Positions 20,247-30,218 of a stretch of DNA of 64,000 bases are shown here, one piece after another; the first letter of the stretch is position 1, and every line of letters starts with the position of its first letter. Origin of the DNA: Sedimentisphaeraceae bacterium JB056. GTDB lineage: Bacteria; Planctomycetota; Phycisphaerae; Sedimentisphaerales; Sedimentisphaeraceae. The stretch is from positions 160,001 to 224,000 of the forward strand of contig JBITAJ010000027.1 in the NCBI GenBank assembly GCA_044440125.1. Direction: 5' to 3'. Both the position numbers and the translations under genes were made by a program. The notes beneath the pieces were generated by a model. The model did not search any database and was not told where the DNA came from. It saw only the letters and a list, made by a program, of their open reading frames with translations.

Positions 20247-20318
20247 TAAAGATTTTTGAGTCGCAGAATAACGTTAATACACATATTTTATATAAAATTT
20301 CAAAAAAGTCAATAATAA

Positions 20319-20332
20319 ACGTACCGATACGT
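20319..20332. promoter_or_regulatory. LacI-type operator (1 mismatch), next to the divergent oxidoreductase promoter
   Basis: ACGTACCGATACGT; minus-strand TTGACT (20307-20312) and TAAAAT (20285-20290) adjacent. Confidence 0.65.
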
Positions 20333-20443
20333 TTGGCCACACACTTATGTACGTGTAGGCGTAATTTGAAATAAAAAGCCGTTTTATTTATATGTTAAGG
20401 GCTTTTTTGTAGCTCGAATTTGCTTGGGTTAAGATGTTTTTGC

Positions 20444-20472
20444 TTGTAATACACGTACCGGTACGTTATACT
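20444..20472 (+). promoter_or_regulatory. Sigma70 promoter with perfect palindromic operator in the spacer
   Basis: TTGTAA-17 bp-TATACT; ACGTACCGGTACGT at 20453-20466. Confidence 0.8.
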
Positions 20473-20540
20473 CGTAAAAAGATAGGGGTAACGCCCTTGT
20501 GCGGGTATAAATATTAATATTACTATATTCAGAGGTTTGC

Positions 20541-22514
20541 ATGTCATTAAACTTTTTGGATTGGTCAATTCTTATTGGCCTTATAGCATTTATAACTTTC
20601 ATGGCGTTTTATACAAGAAGGTACACACACAGTGTTGCCGATTTTCTTGCAGCGAATCGTACCGCGGGCCGGTATCTGCTTTGTATCGCAGATGGCATGG
20701 CGGCCGTAGGCTCGATAACAATTATCATGATTTTTGAGATCTATTATGAGTCGGGTTTCCCCGGTGCATGGTGGGACATGATAAGACTTGTGATTATACC
20801 GGCAGTATTGAGTTTGTCGGGTTGGGTCATTTATCGATTCAGGCAGACAAGGGCTCTTACAATGGCTCAATTTTTCGAAATGCGGTATAGCCGTAATTTC
20901 AGGATATTCTGTGGTGTTCTGATATGGCTTGCCGGTATTATTAACTTTGGTATTTTCCCTGCTGTTGGTGCGAGATTTTTCATCAGCTTTATGGGATTGC
21001 CTGATACAATGGCTGTTTTTATGGGTGTAATGGCTGTTTTGATACTGTTTGCCTTATTCTTTACCTTTATGGGCGGGCAGATTGCGGTGATGGTTACCGA
21101 TTTCATACAGGGTGTTTTCTGTAACGTGATGTTCATTGTTATCGTTGCAGTCGTACTGATGAAATTTGACTGGAGTGAGATTATATATACGGTAACGCAT
21201 CATAGTGGCCAGGCCTCGATGGTTAATCCGTTTAATGTTTCCAAAGCAGAGAATTTCAATATATGGTTTTACCTTATTCTTGCTTTTACAGCAGCTTATG
21301 GCTTTTTGTCATGGCAGGGCGGCCAGGGTTATAACTCTGCCGCATTGAATGCTCATGAGGCCAGGATGGGTAAGAGTCTTGGTGTATGGCGTCTGCTTGC
21401 TCAGAATCTCTTTGTGCTTGTTTTGCCCATTTGTGCCTTTACTTTCATGAATCATCCCAATTATGCTGCCCAGTCAGAGGAGGCAAGGGGGATTCTTGCT
21501 GGAATAACCGACAGTACAATAAGGAATCAGGCTACTGTAACAGTTGCATTAAGGTATTTTCTGCCTCATGGTATAATTGGCGGTCTCTGTGCTGTTATGC
21601 TTGCCGCAACTATTGCTACTCATGATACTTATCTCCACTCATGGGGAAGTATTTTTATTCAGGATGTTGTCTTGCCTTTCCGCAAGAAGCCGCTTACGCA
21701 GCTTGAGCACATCAGGTGGCTTAAAGTCTCGATTCTTGGTGTGGCAGTATTTATATTCCTTTTCAGTATATTCTTCAGGCAAAGTGAAGCGATCGTTATG
21801 TTCTTCCAGATAACCGGAGCGATCTTTGTCGGCGGTGCAGGTTCGGTCATCATCGGCGGACTTTACTGGAGAAGGGGAACTACTGCAGGAGCATGGACAG
21901 GTATGCTTACTGGCTCAACTTTAGCGGTAACAGGCATAGTTCTTAAGCAGATACATGAAAGGATGCCTTTCGATAATTCCGTACTGTTGAAGGTAGTCTC
22001 TCTAAATGGTGCTTATATAAGTTTTTATGCGGCATTAGCGGCGATAATTATGTATATTACTGTATCTCTGCTTGGCAGGAAAAAATACAACCTTGATAAG
22101 TTGCTGCGTAAGGGAGAGTATGCTGTTGAGCAGGATAAGTCAAAAGTTTCTGATGAACCTATAAGTAAGATAGCGAAGTTTATAGGAATAAACAGCGACT
22201 TTAATACTAAGGACAAGATAATATATGTTGGCATGTTCAGTTGGACATTGTTCCTGGTTCTCTTATTTATAGTTCTTACGGCAATCAATGTTATTCATCC
22301 ATTGCCAGACGGTTTTTGGATAGGTTTCTGGAAGTATTATATAGTTATATCATTTGTACTTGCGACATTAGCTACAGTATGGTTCTTCTTCGGCGGTCTT
22401 AAAGACCTTAAGAAGATGTTCCAGAGGCTCAGGGAAAGGGGAGTCGATGAGGTTGATGACGGCAGGGTAACAGCTGAATTCAAAGAGCATACAGAAGAAT
22501 CAATTGAAGATTAA
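20541..22514 (+). CDS. Sodium:solute symporter (SSS family)
   Basis: DFLAANR, TMAQFFEMRYS, GG..AVMVTDFIQ, GLYWRRGTTAGA; about 15 TM segments. Confidence 0.9.
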   Translation: MSLNFLDWSILIGLIAFITFMAFYTRRYTHSVADFLAANRTAGRYLLCIADGMAAVGSITIIMIFEIYYESGFPGAWWDMIRLVIIPAVLSLSGWVIYRFRQTRALTMAQFFEMRYSRNFRIFCGVLIWLAGIINFGIFPAVGARFFISFMGLPDTMAVFMGVMAVLILFALFFTFMGGQIAVMVTDFIQGVFCNVMFIVIVAVVLMKFDWSEIIYTVTHHSGQASMVNPFNVSKAENFNIWFYLILAFTAAYGFLSWQGGQGYNSAALNAHEARMGKSLGVWRLLAQNLFVLVLPICAFTFMNHPNYAAQSEEARGILAGITDSTIRNQATVTVALRYFLPHGIIGGLCAVMLAATIATHDTYLHSWGSIFIQDVVLPFRKKPLTQLEHIRWLKVSILGVAVFIFLFSIFFRQSEAIVMFFQITGAIFVGGAGSVIIGGLYWRRGTTAGAWTGMLTGSTLAVTGIVLKQIHERMPFDNSVLLKVVSLNGAYISFYAALAAIIMYITVSLLGRKKYNLDKLLRKGEYAVEQDKSKVSDEPISKIAKFIGINSDFNTKDKIIYVGMFSWTLFLVLLFIVLTAINVIHPLPDGFWIGFWKYYIVISFVLATLATVWFFFGGLKDLKKMFQRLRERGVDEVDDGRVTAEFKEHTEESIED

Positions 22515-22532
22515 TTAAGTAGAGGTTGACTG

Positions 22533-23741
22533 ATGAAAAGAATTAAGAGGATATTGATTGCAGTAAGTTTATTGATTGCTATGAATTGCTATGCTGAGAT
22601 GAAATCCGATTTCAGGCCTTTGCCTGATGGCTTGAAAAAAGTTGCGTTTACCGAGACAACAGCTTCTTTTGTAAAGAGGGTGAATACTTTTTCATGGATA
22701 TCAGATGTTGAACATGTCGTGAATCCTAAGAATGGTGATGTGTATCTTGCAGACGCAAAAGAGCCGTATTATATTTGCGGTGATATTGTTCCCGGCGGCG
22801 TTTATTTTGAACTTTTTCCTTATCACTATTACGATCAGAAAGAAGTTGATGAGCTTGGTTCAGAGATTAATTATAAACTTATAGCGAAAAATATTACGGA
22901 TAAGCCGGTTGTACTGGAAATAGAGGGTCAGGGTACTGTAAGAGACTGGGATCATTATAAAACCTGGGAAGGTGCATTATCCGGTAATGCTAAAAGAGTC
23001 ATTACAATTAAGCCTGGTGAGACTGTTGAACTTTGGAAAGAGGAGTCGCTTAAAGGTGATCTGCCATGGAGCGGTATTTTCTTAGGTTACAGCAGTGGTG
23101 ATCTATGGGTATGTGATTATGCTTATCTAAGCAAGGATGATCCGGGTATTGATGGCGCAAAGCAGATGCCTGATATTTCTCAGCCGCCGTGTAACTGGCC
23201 GTCATTTACGCGAGGTGTTGCTGATTTTAATTATGCTGATATAAAAATGTTCAAGAATAAACTTACTGCGGCATCAAGGATAGATCTTGGCAAGATTGAG
23301 AGTGGTATTTATTCTTTTGCTATTGCTGATTCTCCGGGTGGACCGCAAAATAACCCTTCAGATTATGCTGTTATTAAGGGTACTTTTGCTGATGACGAGT
23401 TGCCGGTTATGGATCCGGTCAGTAAGAAGAGCCATAGTTTCTTTGGCGGCAACTATCCGATCATGTATGATGTTGATCTATCATTTGCAAATACTACAGA
23501 AAGAGAAGTTAATGTTTCTTTATTGGTAAGCTCAAATGATAAATTTAATGTTGATACTATTGTTGGACTCTGGAAAGATTCAAAGATGCAGTGGCGAAGG
23601 GTTCCAATGATCAGCAAAAATCAGCATTGGGCAGTTTTTGAGATTGCTGTAAAACCGGGACAAATTGTTGATGACTCAGTCATGCTAATACCTCTTGGCA
23701 GCAGGTGGGGCGGCATGGTTTGCTCATTAGTTGTGAAATAA
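22533..23741 (+). CDS. Exported hypothetical protein
   Basis: Signal peptide; GGNYPIMYDV resembles the GNYGVxY motif of DUF3370-like proteins (weak). Confidence 0.7.
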   Translation: MKRIKRILIAVSLLIAMNCYAEMKSDFRPLPDGLKKVAFTETTASFVKRVNTFSWISDVEHVVNPKNGDVYLADAKEPYYICGDIVPGGVYFELFPYHYYDQKEVDELGSEINYKLIAKNITDKPVVLEIEGQGTVRDWDHYKTWEGALSGNAKRVITIKPGETVELWKEESLKGDLPWSGIFLGYSSGDLWVCDYAYLSKDDPGIDGAKQMPDISQPPCNWPSFTRGVADFNYADIKMFKNKLTAASRIDLGKIESGIYSFAIADSPGGPQNNPSDYAVIKGTFADDELPVMDPVSKKSHSFFGGNYPIMYDVDLSFANTTEREVNVSLLVSSNDKFNVDTIVGLWKDSKMQWRRVPMISKNQHWAVFEIAVKPGQIVDDSVMLIPLGSRWGGMVCSLVVK

Positions 23742-25412
23742 TTGAAAGGGGCTATGGTGTTATACAGGATTTTCACAATATTGACTGCTTGTCTGGGATT
23801 TACAATGACTTATGCCGTTGATGGGCCTGCAACGACTTATGGTAATTTGAGTGTAGGTAAATTTTATACGTATCAGCTTGCCCCTCATGCTTCTTATCCT
23901 GACAGATGGCCTAATCAATGGTGCAGCGGGGCCAAGCTGACTGATGAAAATCTTGGTCAAGGCTGGCCGCTTGATGATTGGGTTGACTGGCTTGAGCAGG
24001 AAGATTATACGCTTGAAATCGTCCTTGATCTGGGAAGTGTTTGCGAGGTTGACAAGCTGAGAGTAATGTTGACTTCAAGGCTTGACTGGGGGATTCAATT
24101 TCCAAGTGCCGTAAGGTTTTACTATAAAACGGATTTGTCGGATAGCTGGCAGCAATACGGTATTTCGCAGAGTTGCGGTGGTGATACAGCAGGCTATTCA
24201 GCAAAATGGGTAACCGTACAGGATAACTTCGAGTCTATGCGATATATTAAATATGAACTTGACGGCCCTGTAGAGGCTCATATGTTTGTAGGTGAGATAG
24301 AGGCCTGGGGCAATATAGAAAACAGTTGGAAGGCGGTTCCTGATTGGGGCTGCTATCAGGGTGCATTCCCTTCTAATAGTACAGGAAGCATGTTTATCAG
24401 TACTTACGAAGGGGTTGCTGATAAACAGATGTCAATGGCATTGTGGTATGCTAATATGGGAGCGAGCGATTTTAAGGACTATTTTGGCAGCCTGTGGAGG
24501 AGTCAGTATGGGCTCAGCTATAATATCGATTATCAGGGAGCACGCTTCCTTGAAGTAGGCTGGGAACCTGAGACTAATATAACTGCTGAGAATATTGCTT
24601 CTGGCTACTACGACAGCTATTTTAATACATTCTTTGAGGAATCTGTAGATTATTCGCATCGTCTTGGCAACACTGACCCTGTATGGCTTCGTCCTATGAG
24701 TGAAATGAATGGCGGCTGGACTTTTCCTGGGAATGCTGCCGCATGGGGCGGGCATCCACAGGAATTCAGATGGGCGTGGCGGAGGATGTTTAATATTGCC
24801 CAGCAGGTTGGTGCGGCGGATCACCATATCTTTATATGGTCTCCTAACGGTTATACATACAGTGGAGAGGAGCATATGCCGAATCACTATTACCCGGGAG
24901 ACCAGTATGTTGACTGGGTAGGCATTAGTGTTTATGAGCAGGGAGAAATTCCTTATCCTGAGGATACTCTTAACGGAACTTGCGGTGTGGGCGGATTTGA
25001 TTTTTATGGGACATATTCTTACAAGCCGATTATATTCAGTGAAGGTGCTTTCCGCGGCGGCGATGGTATTGACGGATACAAATGGATAAGGCAGTGGTTT
25101 GAGATACCTCGTAAGTATCCTATGGTTAAAGCTTTAGTATGGTTTTATATCCATGATGACGATAAGAATGTGATAGATGAAGAACCTTTCAGGAGTTATT
25201 ACCGCAGTTTCTTAAGCGACAGTTATTTTCTGACGCAGTCCATAGCCGGAACGATTGATAATAATGGTGATGGAAATGTAGATATTCTTGATTATTCCCA
25301 TATTGCCGATAACTGGTCGCTTGGCGTCTCAAATCTTCAGGGTGATATAGATGGAAATAATGATGTGAATATTGAGGATGTTCTTATATTTGCATCAGAG
25401 TGGCTTCAATAA
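23742..25412 (+). CDS. GH26-like glycoside hydrolase with N-terminal discoidin-like domain and C-terminal dockerin-like repeats
   Basis: WLRPMSEMNGGW, FIWSPN, YYPGDQYVDWVGISVY, KPIIFSEG; C-terminal DNNGDGNVDILDY and GDIDGNNDVNIEDV..EWL. Confidence 0.8.
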   Translation: MKGAMVLYRIFTILTACLGFTMTYAVDGPATTYGNLSVGKFYTYQLAPHASYPDRWPNQWCSGAKLTDENLGQGWPLDDWVDWLEQEDYTLEIVLDLGSVCEVDKLRVMLTSRLDWGIQFPSAVRFYYKTDLSDSWQQYGISQSCGGDTAGYSAKWVTVQDNFESMRYIKYELDGPVEAHMFVGEIEAWGNIENSWKAVPDWGCYQGAFPSNSTGSMFISTYEGVADKQMSMALWYANMGASDFKDYFGSLWRSQYGLSYNIDYQGARFLEVGWEPETNITAENIASGYYDSYFNTFFEESVDYSHRLGNTDPVWLRPMSEMNGGWTFPGNAAAWGGHPQEFRWAWRRMFNIAQQVGAADHHIFIWSPNGYTYSGEEHMPNHYYPGDQYVDWVGISVYEQGEIPYPEDTLNGTCGVGGFDFYGTYSYKPIIFSEGAFRGGDGIDGYKWIRQWFEIPRKYPMVKALVWFYIHDDDKNVIDEEPFRSYYRSFLSDSYFLTQSIAGTIDNNGDGNVDILDYSHIADNWSLGVSNLQGDIDGNNDVNIEDVLIFASEWLQ

Positions 25413-25502
25413 ATAAGCAGCAGCAAGGCGGAGTCTCAAAAGTATCTTTAAATGCAGGGAAGCTCTGCTTTTTTCTAAAAACAAGTTTAAGAGAGATGAA
25501 TA

Positions 25503-26432
25503 ATGAAGATAACAGGTACTTTTCTTGATGAAATAAGTCTGGATATACCATCTGCGAATTGGGGGCCGCAGGAATGGGCAAAGGATTTTGATGCAATGAA
25601 GGCCGTTGGTATTGATACCGTGATATTGATACGTGCCGGTTATATGAATAAATGTACTTTTGAATCTGAAACTATAAAAAAACTTCATCCAATATTACCT
25701 GTTCCGACAGATTTGCTTGAAGTGTTTTTGTCGGAAGCAGATCGCTGTAATATGGATTTTTATTTTGGTACTTACGACAGCGAAGATTATTGGCGCAAAG
25801 GTGATTATCAGAAAGAGATCGACATAAATATGGCCTTTGCAGATGAGGTTATGGAGAAATACGGTCATCATAAGTCTTTCAATGGCTGGTATATAAGCAA
25901 TGAGGTTGATACTTGCAACCCCAGTGCAGTGGAGGTTTATAAACAGCTCTCGAAATACCTTAAGTCACTGAAAGATGCTCCGGTTCTTATTTCACCATAT
26001 TTTCATGGCGTGAAGATGTTTGATAAGTATGTCGGTTCTGGTTATTATGATGCAAGGAGGGCTAATATCAGGAGCCACAAGGAAAGCTGGAAGAAGGTCT
26101 TTGAGGCAATAGAGGGGCATATCGACATTGTTGCTTTTCAAGATGGAAATGTTGATTATGAAGACCTTGAAGCCTACCTTGAAGTAAACAAGGAGCTTTC
26201 GCGGGAACATGATATACAATTCTGGAGCAATGTCGAAACCTTCGACCGTGATATGCCGTGGAAATTCCCGCCTATAGGTTTTACTAAGTTGCTTCATAAA
26301 ATGATGATAGCGGAGAAGGTTGGCGTTGATAAGATGATAACCTTTGAATTCTCGCATTTTATGAGTCCAAACTCTATATATTATGATGCCCACAACCTTT
26401 ACAAGGTGTACAAACAGTATTTTAATTGTTAG
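25503..26432 (+). CDS. DUF4434-family putative glycoside hydrolase (no signal peptide)
   Basis: ITGTFLDEIS.DIPS.NWG, GWYISNE, DIVAFQDG, WSNVETFDRDMP, ITFEFSHF. Confidence 0.8.
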   Translation: MKITGTFLDEISLDIPSANWGPQEWAKDFDAMKAVGIDTVILIRAGYMNKCTFESETIKKLHPILPVPTDLLEVFLSEADRCNMDFYFGTYDSEDYWRKGDYQKEIDINMAFADEVMEKYGHHKSFNGWYISNEVDTCNPSAVEVYKQLSKYLKSLKDAPVLISPYFHGVKMFDKYVGSGYYDARRANIRSHKESWKKVFEAIEGHIDIVAFQDGNVDYEDLEAYLEVNKELSREHDIQFWSNVETFDRDMPWKFPPIGFTKLLHKMMIAEKVGVDKMITFEFSHFMSPNSIYYDAHNLYKVYKQYFNC

Positions 26433-26539
26433 TCAAACGTAAGAGAGATGTTGGCTTTTCATGAGCAATGATATATTTTTATCGAATTGCACTTATCGTT
26501 CCAAAAAAATATTCATTTAAAAATTGCTGACACTTACAA

Positions 26540-26553
26540 ACGTAACGATACGG
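26540..26553. promoter_or_regulatory. Degenerate auxiliary operator
   Basis: ACGTAACGATACGG, 11/14 match to ACGTACCGGTACGT, 68 bp upstream of main site. Confidence 0.45.
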
Positions 26554-26598
26554 GTATCTGTTAAAGGCGTTTTTTTTGTATCTAAGGACCTTTTAAAG

Positions 26599-26627
26599 TT
26601 GACATACACGTACCGGTACGTTATACT
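26599..26627 (+). promoter_or_regulatory. Sigma70 promoter of lacI-family gene with perfect operator in the spacer
   Basis: TTGACA-17 bp-TATACT; ACGTACCGGTACGT at 26608-26621; 24 bp identical to 20449-20472. Confidence 0.85.
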
Positions 26628-26664
26628 ATACAGATAAATTAGAAATTGTTTTTGGAGAAACGAA

Positions 26665-27729
26665 ATGGCAAAAACCGTAACATTGCAAATGATAGCAGAT
26701 AAAGTTGGCGTTTCCAAGTCAACGGTTTCTGATGTTTTGCGTGCACGTGTTGCCAAAGTAAAGGTAAGTGAAAATACTCGCGATCGCATCTTTCAGGCGG
26801 TCAAAGAGCTTAACTATGTTCCCAATGCTGCGGCCAGGGCGCTTGTTACCGGTAAGACTAATAATATCGGCTTTTTGCTTTCTTCCAAAACCAATCTGGG
26901 TTTGGCTAACAACTACTTTACTTCCATTATGTCTGGTGTTCAGGCAGCGTCTGTTAGCCGAGGTTTTAATTGTATTGTCAATTGCTACGATCTTTCAAGC
27001 GTGAAAGAGTTTGTAATGCCTTCTAAGGTAAGACGTAAAGTCGTTGACGGCATAGTTATAAGCGGACCCATAGAGGAAAATGTTCTTCAGATGTTTGTTG
27101 ACAGCGGTATTCCTTTCATTCTCGTTGGTGAGAATGCTGATTTTTCAGTCGAAGGAGTTCTGGCTGTGGCACGAAATATATCGGAAGATTGGATAAGGTC
27201 GTTTAATTATCTTTACGATCTTGGCCATAGAAAAATAGCAGTCGGCGGAATAGAAACTGAATTGGGTTATTTCAAGTTCAAAGAAGCTATTGCTAAGTTC
27301 AAGGAAGACAAGCCTCAAGCAGAAGTTCAATTCAGTACTTACAATTCGCCGGTCAGTTGCGGCGATGTCATGGAGTATGCTTACAAACAAGGACAGAAGT
27401 GGTGTAAGCAGAGTGACAGACCGACGGCAGTTATAGGTCATGACCAGTGGTGTTTGGCATTTGTATCTTCGATACTTGATGCCGGATACGATTGTCCTGA
27501 AGACGTTAGTGTTATCAGCACTTGTGACACTGTGTTATGCAAGTGGTTCAGACCATCTATCACATCAATAGTTCTTCCTTTGTATGAAGGTGGTAAAAGA
27601 GCTACGGAATTATTAATTGATTATATCAACAGGGATGTTAACTGGATGCAGGCTAACCGGCTTGCCGATACCATTTGGGAAAAACATGATCTTGTTGTAA
27701 GGGATTCTACCGCAGAGATCTGTAAATAA
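26665..27729 (+). CDS. LacI-family transcriptional regulator
   Basis: TLQMIADKVGVSKSTVSDVL HTH, YVPNAAARAL hinge, GHRKIA, PEDVSVI, LVVRDST. Confidence 0.93.
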   Translation: MAKTVTLQMIADKVGVSKSTVSDVLRARVAKVKVSENTRDRIFQAVKELNYVPNAAARALVTGKTNNIGFLLSSKTNLGLANNYFTSIMSGVQAASVSRGFNCIVNCYDLSSVKEFVMPSKVRRKVVDGIVISGPIEENVLQMFVDSGIPFILVGENADFSVEGVLAVARNISEDWIRSFNYLYDLGHRKIAVGGIETELGYFKFKEAIAKFKEDKPQAEVQFSTYNSPVSCGDVMEYAYKQGQKWCKQSDRPTAVIGHDQWCLAFVSSILDAGYDCPEDVSVISTCDTVLCKWFRPSITSIVLPLYEGGKRATELLIDYINRDVNWMQANRLADTIWEKHDLVVRDSTAEICK

Positions 27730-27757
27730 AAACTGAATATTAATTGAATTATAGCGT

Positions 27758-27869
27758 GTTAGGATGCTGAACCGGTGAGGATGGACAGATACACCGGTCC
27801 AGCGAATTTGCTGAGATTGCACTCAACACTGACATTTTATCATCCACATCAGCAAATTCAACTCCTAAC
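27758..27869 (+). ncRNA. Candidate intercistronic structured RNA (three-way junction, possible loop-loop pairing)
   Basis: GTTAGGA/TCCTAAC closing stem; hairpin 27766-27803 (11/12 pairs); hairpin 27804-27859 (11-bp perfect stem); GGATG/CATCC loop complementarity. Confidence 0.5.
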
Positions 27870-27906
27870 TTAAAAAACATTAAGTTTTAATTGAACGGGG
27901 GTTTTT

Positions 27907-29175
27907 ATGCCTGAGAAAACAAAGTTATTTTATGTGTTATGTATGGTACTCGCTGCTGTACCGGCTCTTTTTGCAGGAGCAAATGCAGAGTGGACATTCA
28001 CTCTCCAAAGCAGTGGTGAAGATGTAAGCTGGGATTCAGCTACGGCGATTAGAAGCGGTTACGCGGAATACTTTTACGAGTGTGATTTCACGGCTGTAGA
28101 AGTATTGATTGATGCATCAGGTTCACAGATGTGGATGGACTATTCTCCAGCATTCAATCCAAGTGCTGCCGGTATGAACGATGGCGTTGAGGTAGACATC
28201 ATAAACGCTGTTTACGATGCTAACGAGCTTACATTTGAATTGGCGATGAATATTGATGCTGACGGGTATGCCCACGCATCACTGTCATCGGTAGCATTCC
28301 CTGAACCTTGGGTAGGGGCGGATGTTCTGAGTGTTAAGTTTGATTGTACAATCAAAATCGGAGCTGTTCAGCAGACATGGCAAGACAGTTTTGATTACAC
28401 AACAGAATCTTTCATCGGTGAGACAGCTAACTGGGTAACTAAGGTCTGGGATGGTAATCCTGACTATCGTGGTATTAAGGTTGGCGGAAGCTACACGGGT
28501 GTTGCACATTGTACAGACGGCTACTATGGAAGCTATCCTGATGAGTTCTATGGAGTCGTCAAGTATGCACTTCCTGAAGTTGATGTCTACAATGGCGGTG
28601 CTGCAAATGGTGATTACATTGCAAAGATGACTGTTTCTGATGGTAATCTTGGTGATGCAAGTAACTGGTACCTTCTTGGCCGTGTTGATGAAACAAACTA
28701 CGATGATCCAAACTATGTACAGGTAACTGTAGGCCGCGATGGCACAGGCACACGTCTGGTGTTCGGGCTTCAGGATACTAACGGCGATGGGTATATGGTA
28801 GATGATGGCACTGGAACAATGGTGCTTGATTTTGTTGATGTTACAGATTTTATTATTGGTCAGCCTATTGACGTTGTTCTCAAGCTTGAAGGTGCAAAGG
28901 CTATTGCAAGCGTAAGCCATAACGGTGTCACCTCTTCAATATCTTATGATACAGCATTGACATATCCTGGCGACCCAGCATTTGGTTATGACTGGAAATG
29001 GGGTTACACAGGTGCTGACTTTGAAGATTTCCAAGTTTATTCATTGACTGCTGCAGATCCTACAGTTTGCGGTGAAGATGGAACATACTATCTCAAGGGT
29101 GATCTTGACGGCAACTGTGAGGTCGGAATATCTGATCTTGCCATAATTATAGAAAACTGGCTTGTTGCTATATAA
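27907..29175 (+). CDS. Secreted two-domain beta-sandwich protein with dockerin-like C-terminus
   Basis: Signal peptide; second domain homologous to next two genes; ends LKGDLDGNCEVGISDLAIIIENWL. Confidence 0.75.
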   Translation: MPEKTKLFYVLCMVLAAVPALFAGANAEWTFTLQSSGEDVSWDSATAIRSGYAEYFYECDFTAVEVLIDASGSQMWMDYSPAFNPSAAGMNDGVEVDIINAVYDANELTFELAMNIDADGYAHASLSSVAFPEPWVGADVLSVKFDCTIKIGAVQQTWQDSFDYTTESFIGETANWVTKVWDGNPDYRGIKVGGSYTGVAHCTDGYYGSYPDEFYGVVKYALPEVDVYNGGAANGDYIAKMTVSDGNLGDASNWYLLGRVDETNYDDPNYVQVTVGRDGTGTRLVFGLQDTNGDGYMVDDGTGTMVLDFVDVTDFIIGQPIDVVLKLEGAKAIASVSHNGVTSSISYDTALTYPGDPAFGYDWKWGYTGADFEDFQVYSLTAADPTVCGEDGTYYLKGDLDGNCEVGISDLAIIIENWLVAI

Positions 29176-29236
29176 GATCAAAGTCAAAATTATTATCAGT
29201 GATATCAAAATCTCTATTAAAAGGGAGTTAGAATTT

Positions 29237-30184
29237 ATGAAGATGAAAAATTTATCAATAGTTTTGATACTTCTTGCCGGTGTGTTAGCCTCTGTTAGCA
29301 CGGCTGAAGTATTATTTGAAGACAATTTCGATAGTTATCAGAATTTACCGGAAGAAGTATTGAGCTGGGGTTTTGCAGGCCTGCAGGCATCTGCGCCTGA
29401 TATGTGGCAAAGTCCTTTCACCGGCGGTTCTTCTGATGCCAAGGTTGGTCCGGGAAGTCCTGGATTAGTTTATTGGTCAGGTAATGATTCTACTGACAAC
29501 CAACTGAGATTATATAAATCTCTTACTGACGGCTACTGGGGCAGTGATTATACCGTATCGGTAGATTACATAAAGCTCACTGACAGAAATACAACAGATG
29601 GTGATGGTAATGGCTGGGTAGATTATGAGGATTATGTACCGGAAGTTTATGTTGGTGCCAGAATATCAGGTGCTGATTATGTTATAGGCGGTATCGTACT
29701 TGCAGACAACTATGATGATGAGAGCGGCGCTTACAATTATGATACATCAACATGGGCATATATCGGTGATGACTTCTCTAAGAATGAAATCTACGCAAGA
29801 ATAAGAGACAGCAAGGGCGGAAGTAATGGCGATACCTATGTTGGTAAGCTTGATCCTACTAAGCCTGTCAATATGACACTTGAGATGAATGGCAACGTTG
29901 CAACATTGACTATTACTCATAATGGTCTTGTTACTACAGTAGCTCTCAATACGACAGTTACTGATAATGGTAATCCTGGCTTCGGAGTTTGGAGAAGATG
30001 GGGCGGTTATGCCAAGGCTTATATGGATAACTTCTCTGTTAACGGTGAGGTTTATATACCATTCGTTGAAGGTGATATTGATGGTGACAATATTGTAGAT
30101 CTTAAGGACCTTGCGATCCTTGCTTATGACTGGACTAAGTGTACAGATCCTGCTGATACTAATTGCGATCAGTTCTGGAAATAA
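29237..30184 (+). CDS. Secreted beta-sandwich protein with dockerin-like C-terminus
   Basis: AGGGAG RBS before ATG 29237; signal peptide; EVLFEDNFDSY; ends EGDIDGDNIVDLKDLAILAYDWTKCTDP. Confidence 0.78.
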   Translation: MKMKNLSIVLILLAGVLASVSTAEVLFEDNFDSYQNLPEEVLSWGFAGLQASAPDMWQSPFTGGSSDAKVGPGSPGLVYWSGNDSTDNQLRLYKSLTDGYWGSDYTVSVDYIKLTDRNTTDGDGNGWVDYEDYVPEVYVGARISGADYVIGGIVLADNYDDESGAYNYDTSTWAYIGDDFSKNEIYARIRDSKGGSNGDTYVGKLDPTKPVNMTLEMNGNVATLTITHNGLVTTVALNTTVTDNGNPGFGVWRRWGGYAKAYMDNFSVNGEVYIPFVEGDIDGDNIVDLKDLAILAYDWTKCTDPADTNCDQFWK

Positions 30185-30218
30185 TGTATAAGGATTTTTG
30201 ATATAGTAAGGATGGACT

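Noticed and set aside
20341..20356. ACACTTATGTACGTGT as an additional LacI operator
   Set aside because: Only one half-site matches, and the central CG and spacing are wrong
23742..25412. Calling the GH26-like protein a beta-mannanase
   Set aside because: Fold motifs support GH26-like, but specificity cannot be read from sequence and the context suggests amino-sugar substrates
28285..28920. 211-aa antisense ORF (also 38082-38714, 57682-58287, 50231-50782, and same-strand 62634-63284)
   Set aside because: Shadow ORFs overlapping well-supported genes, with no recognisable motifs
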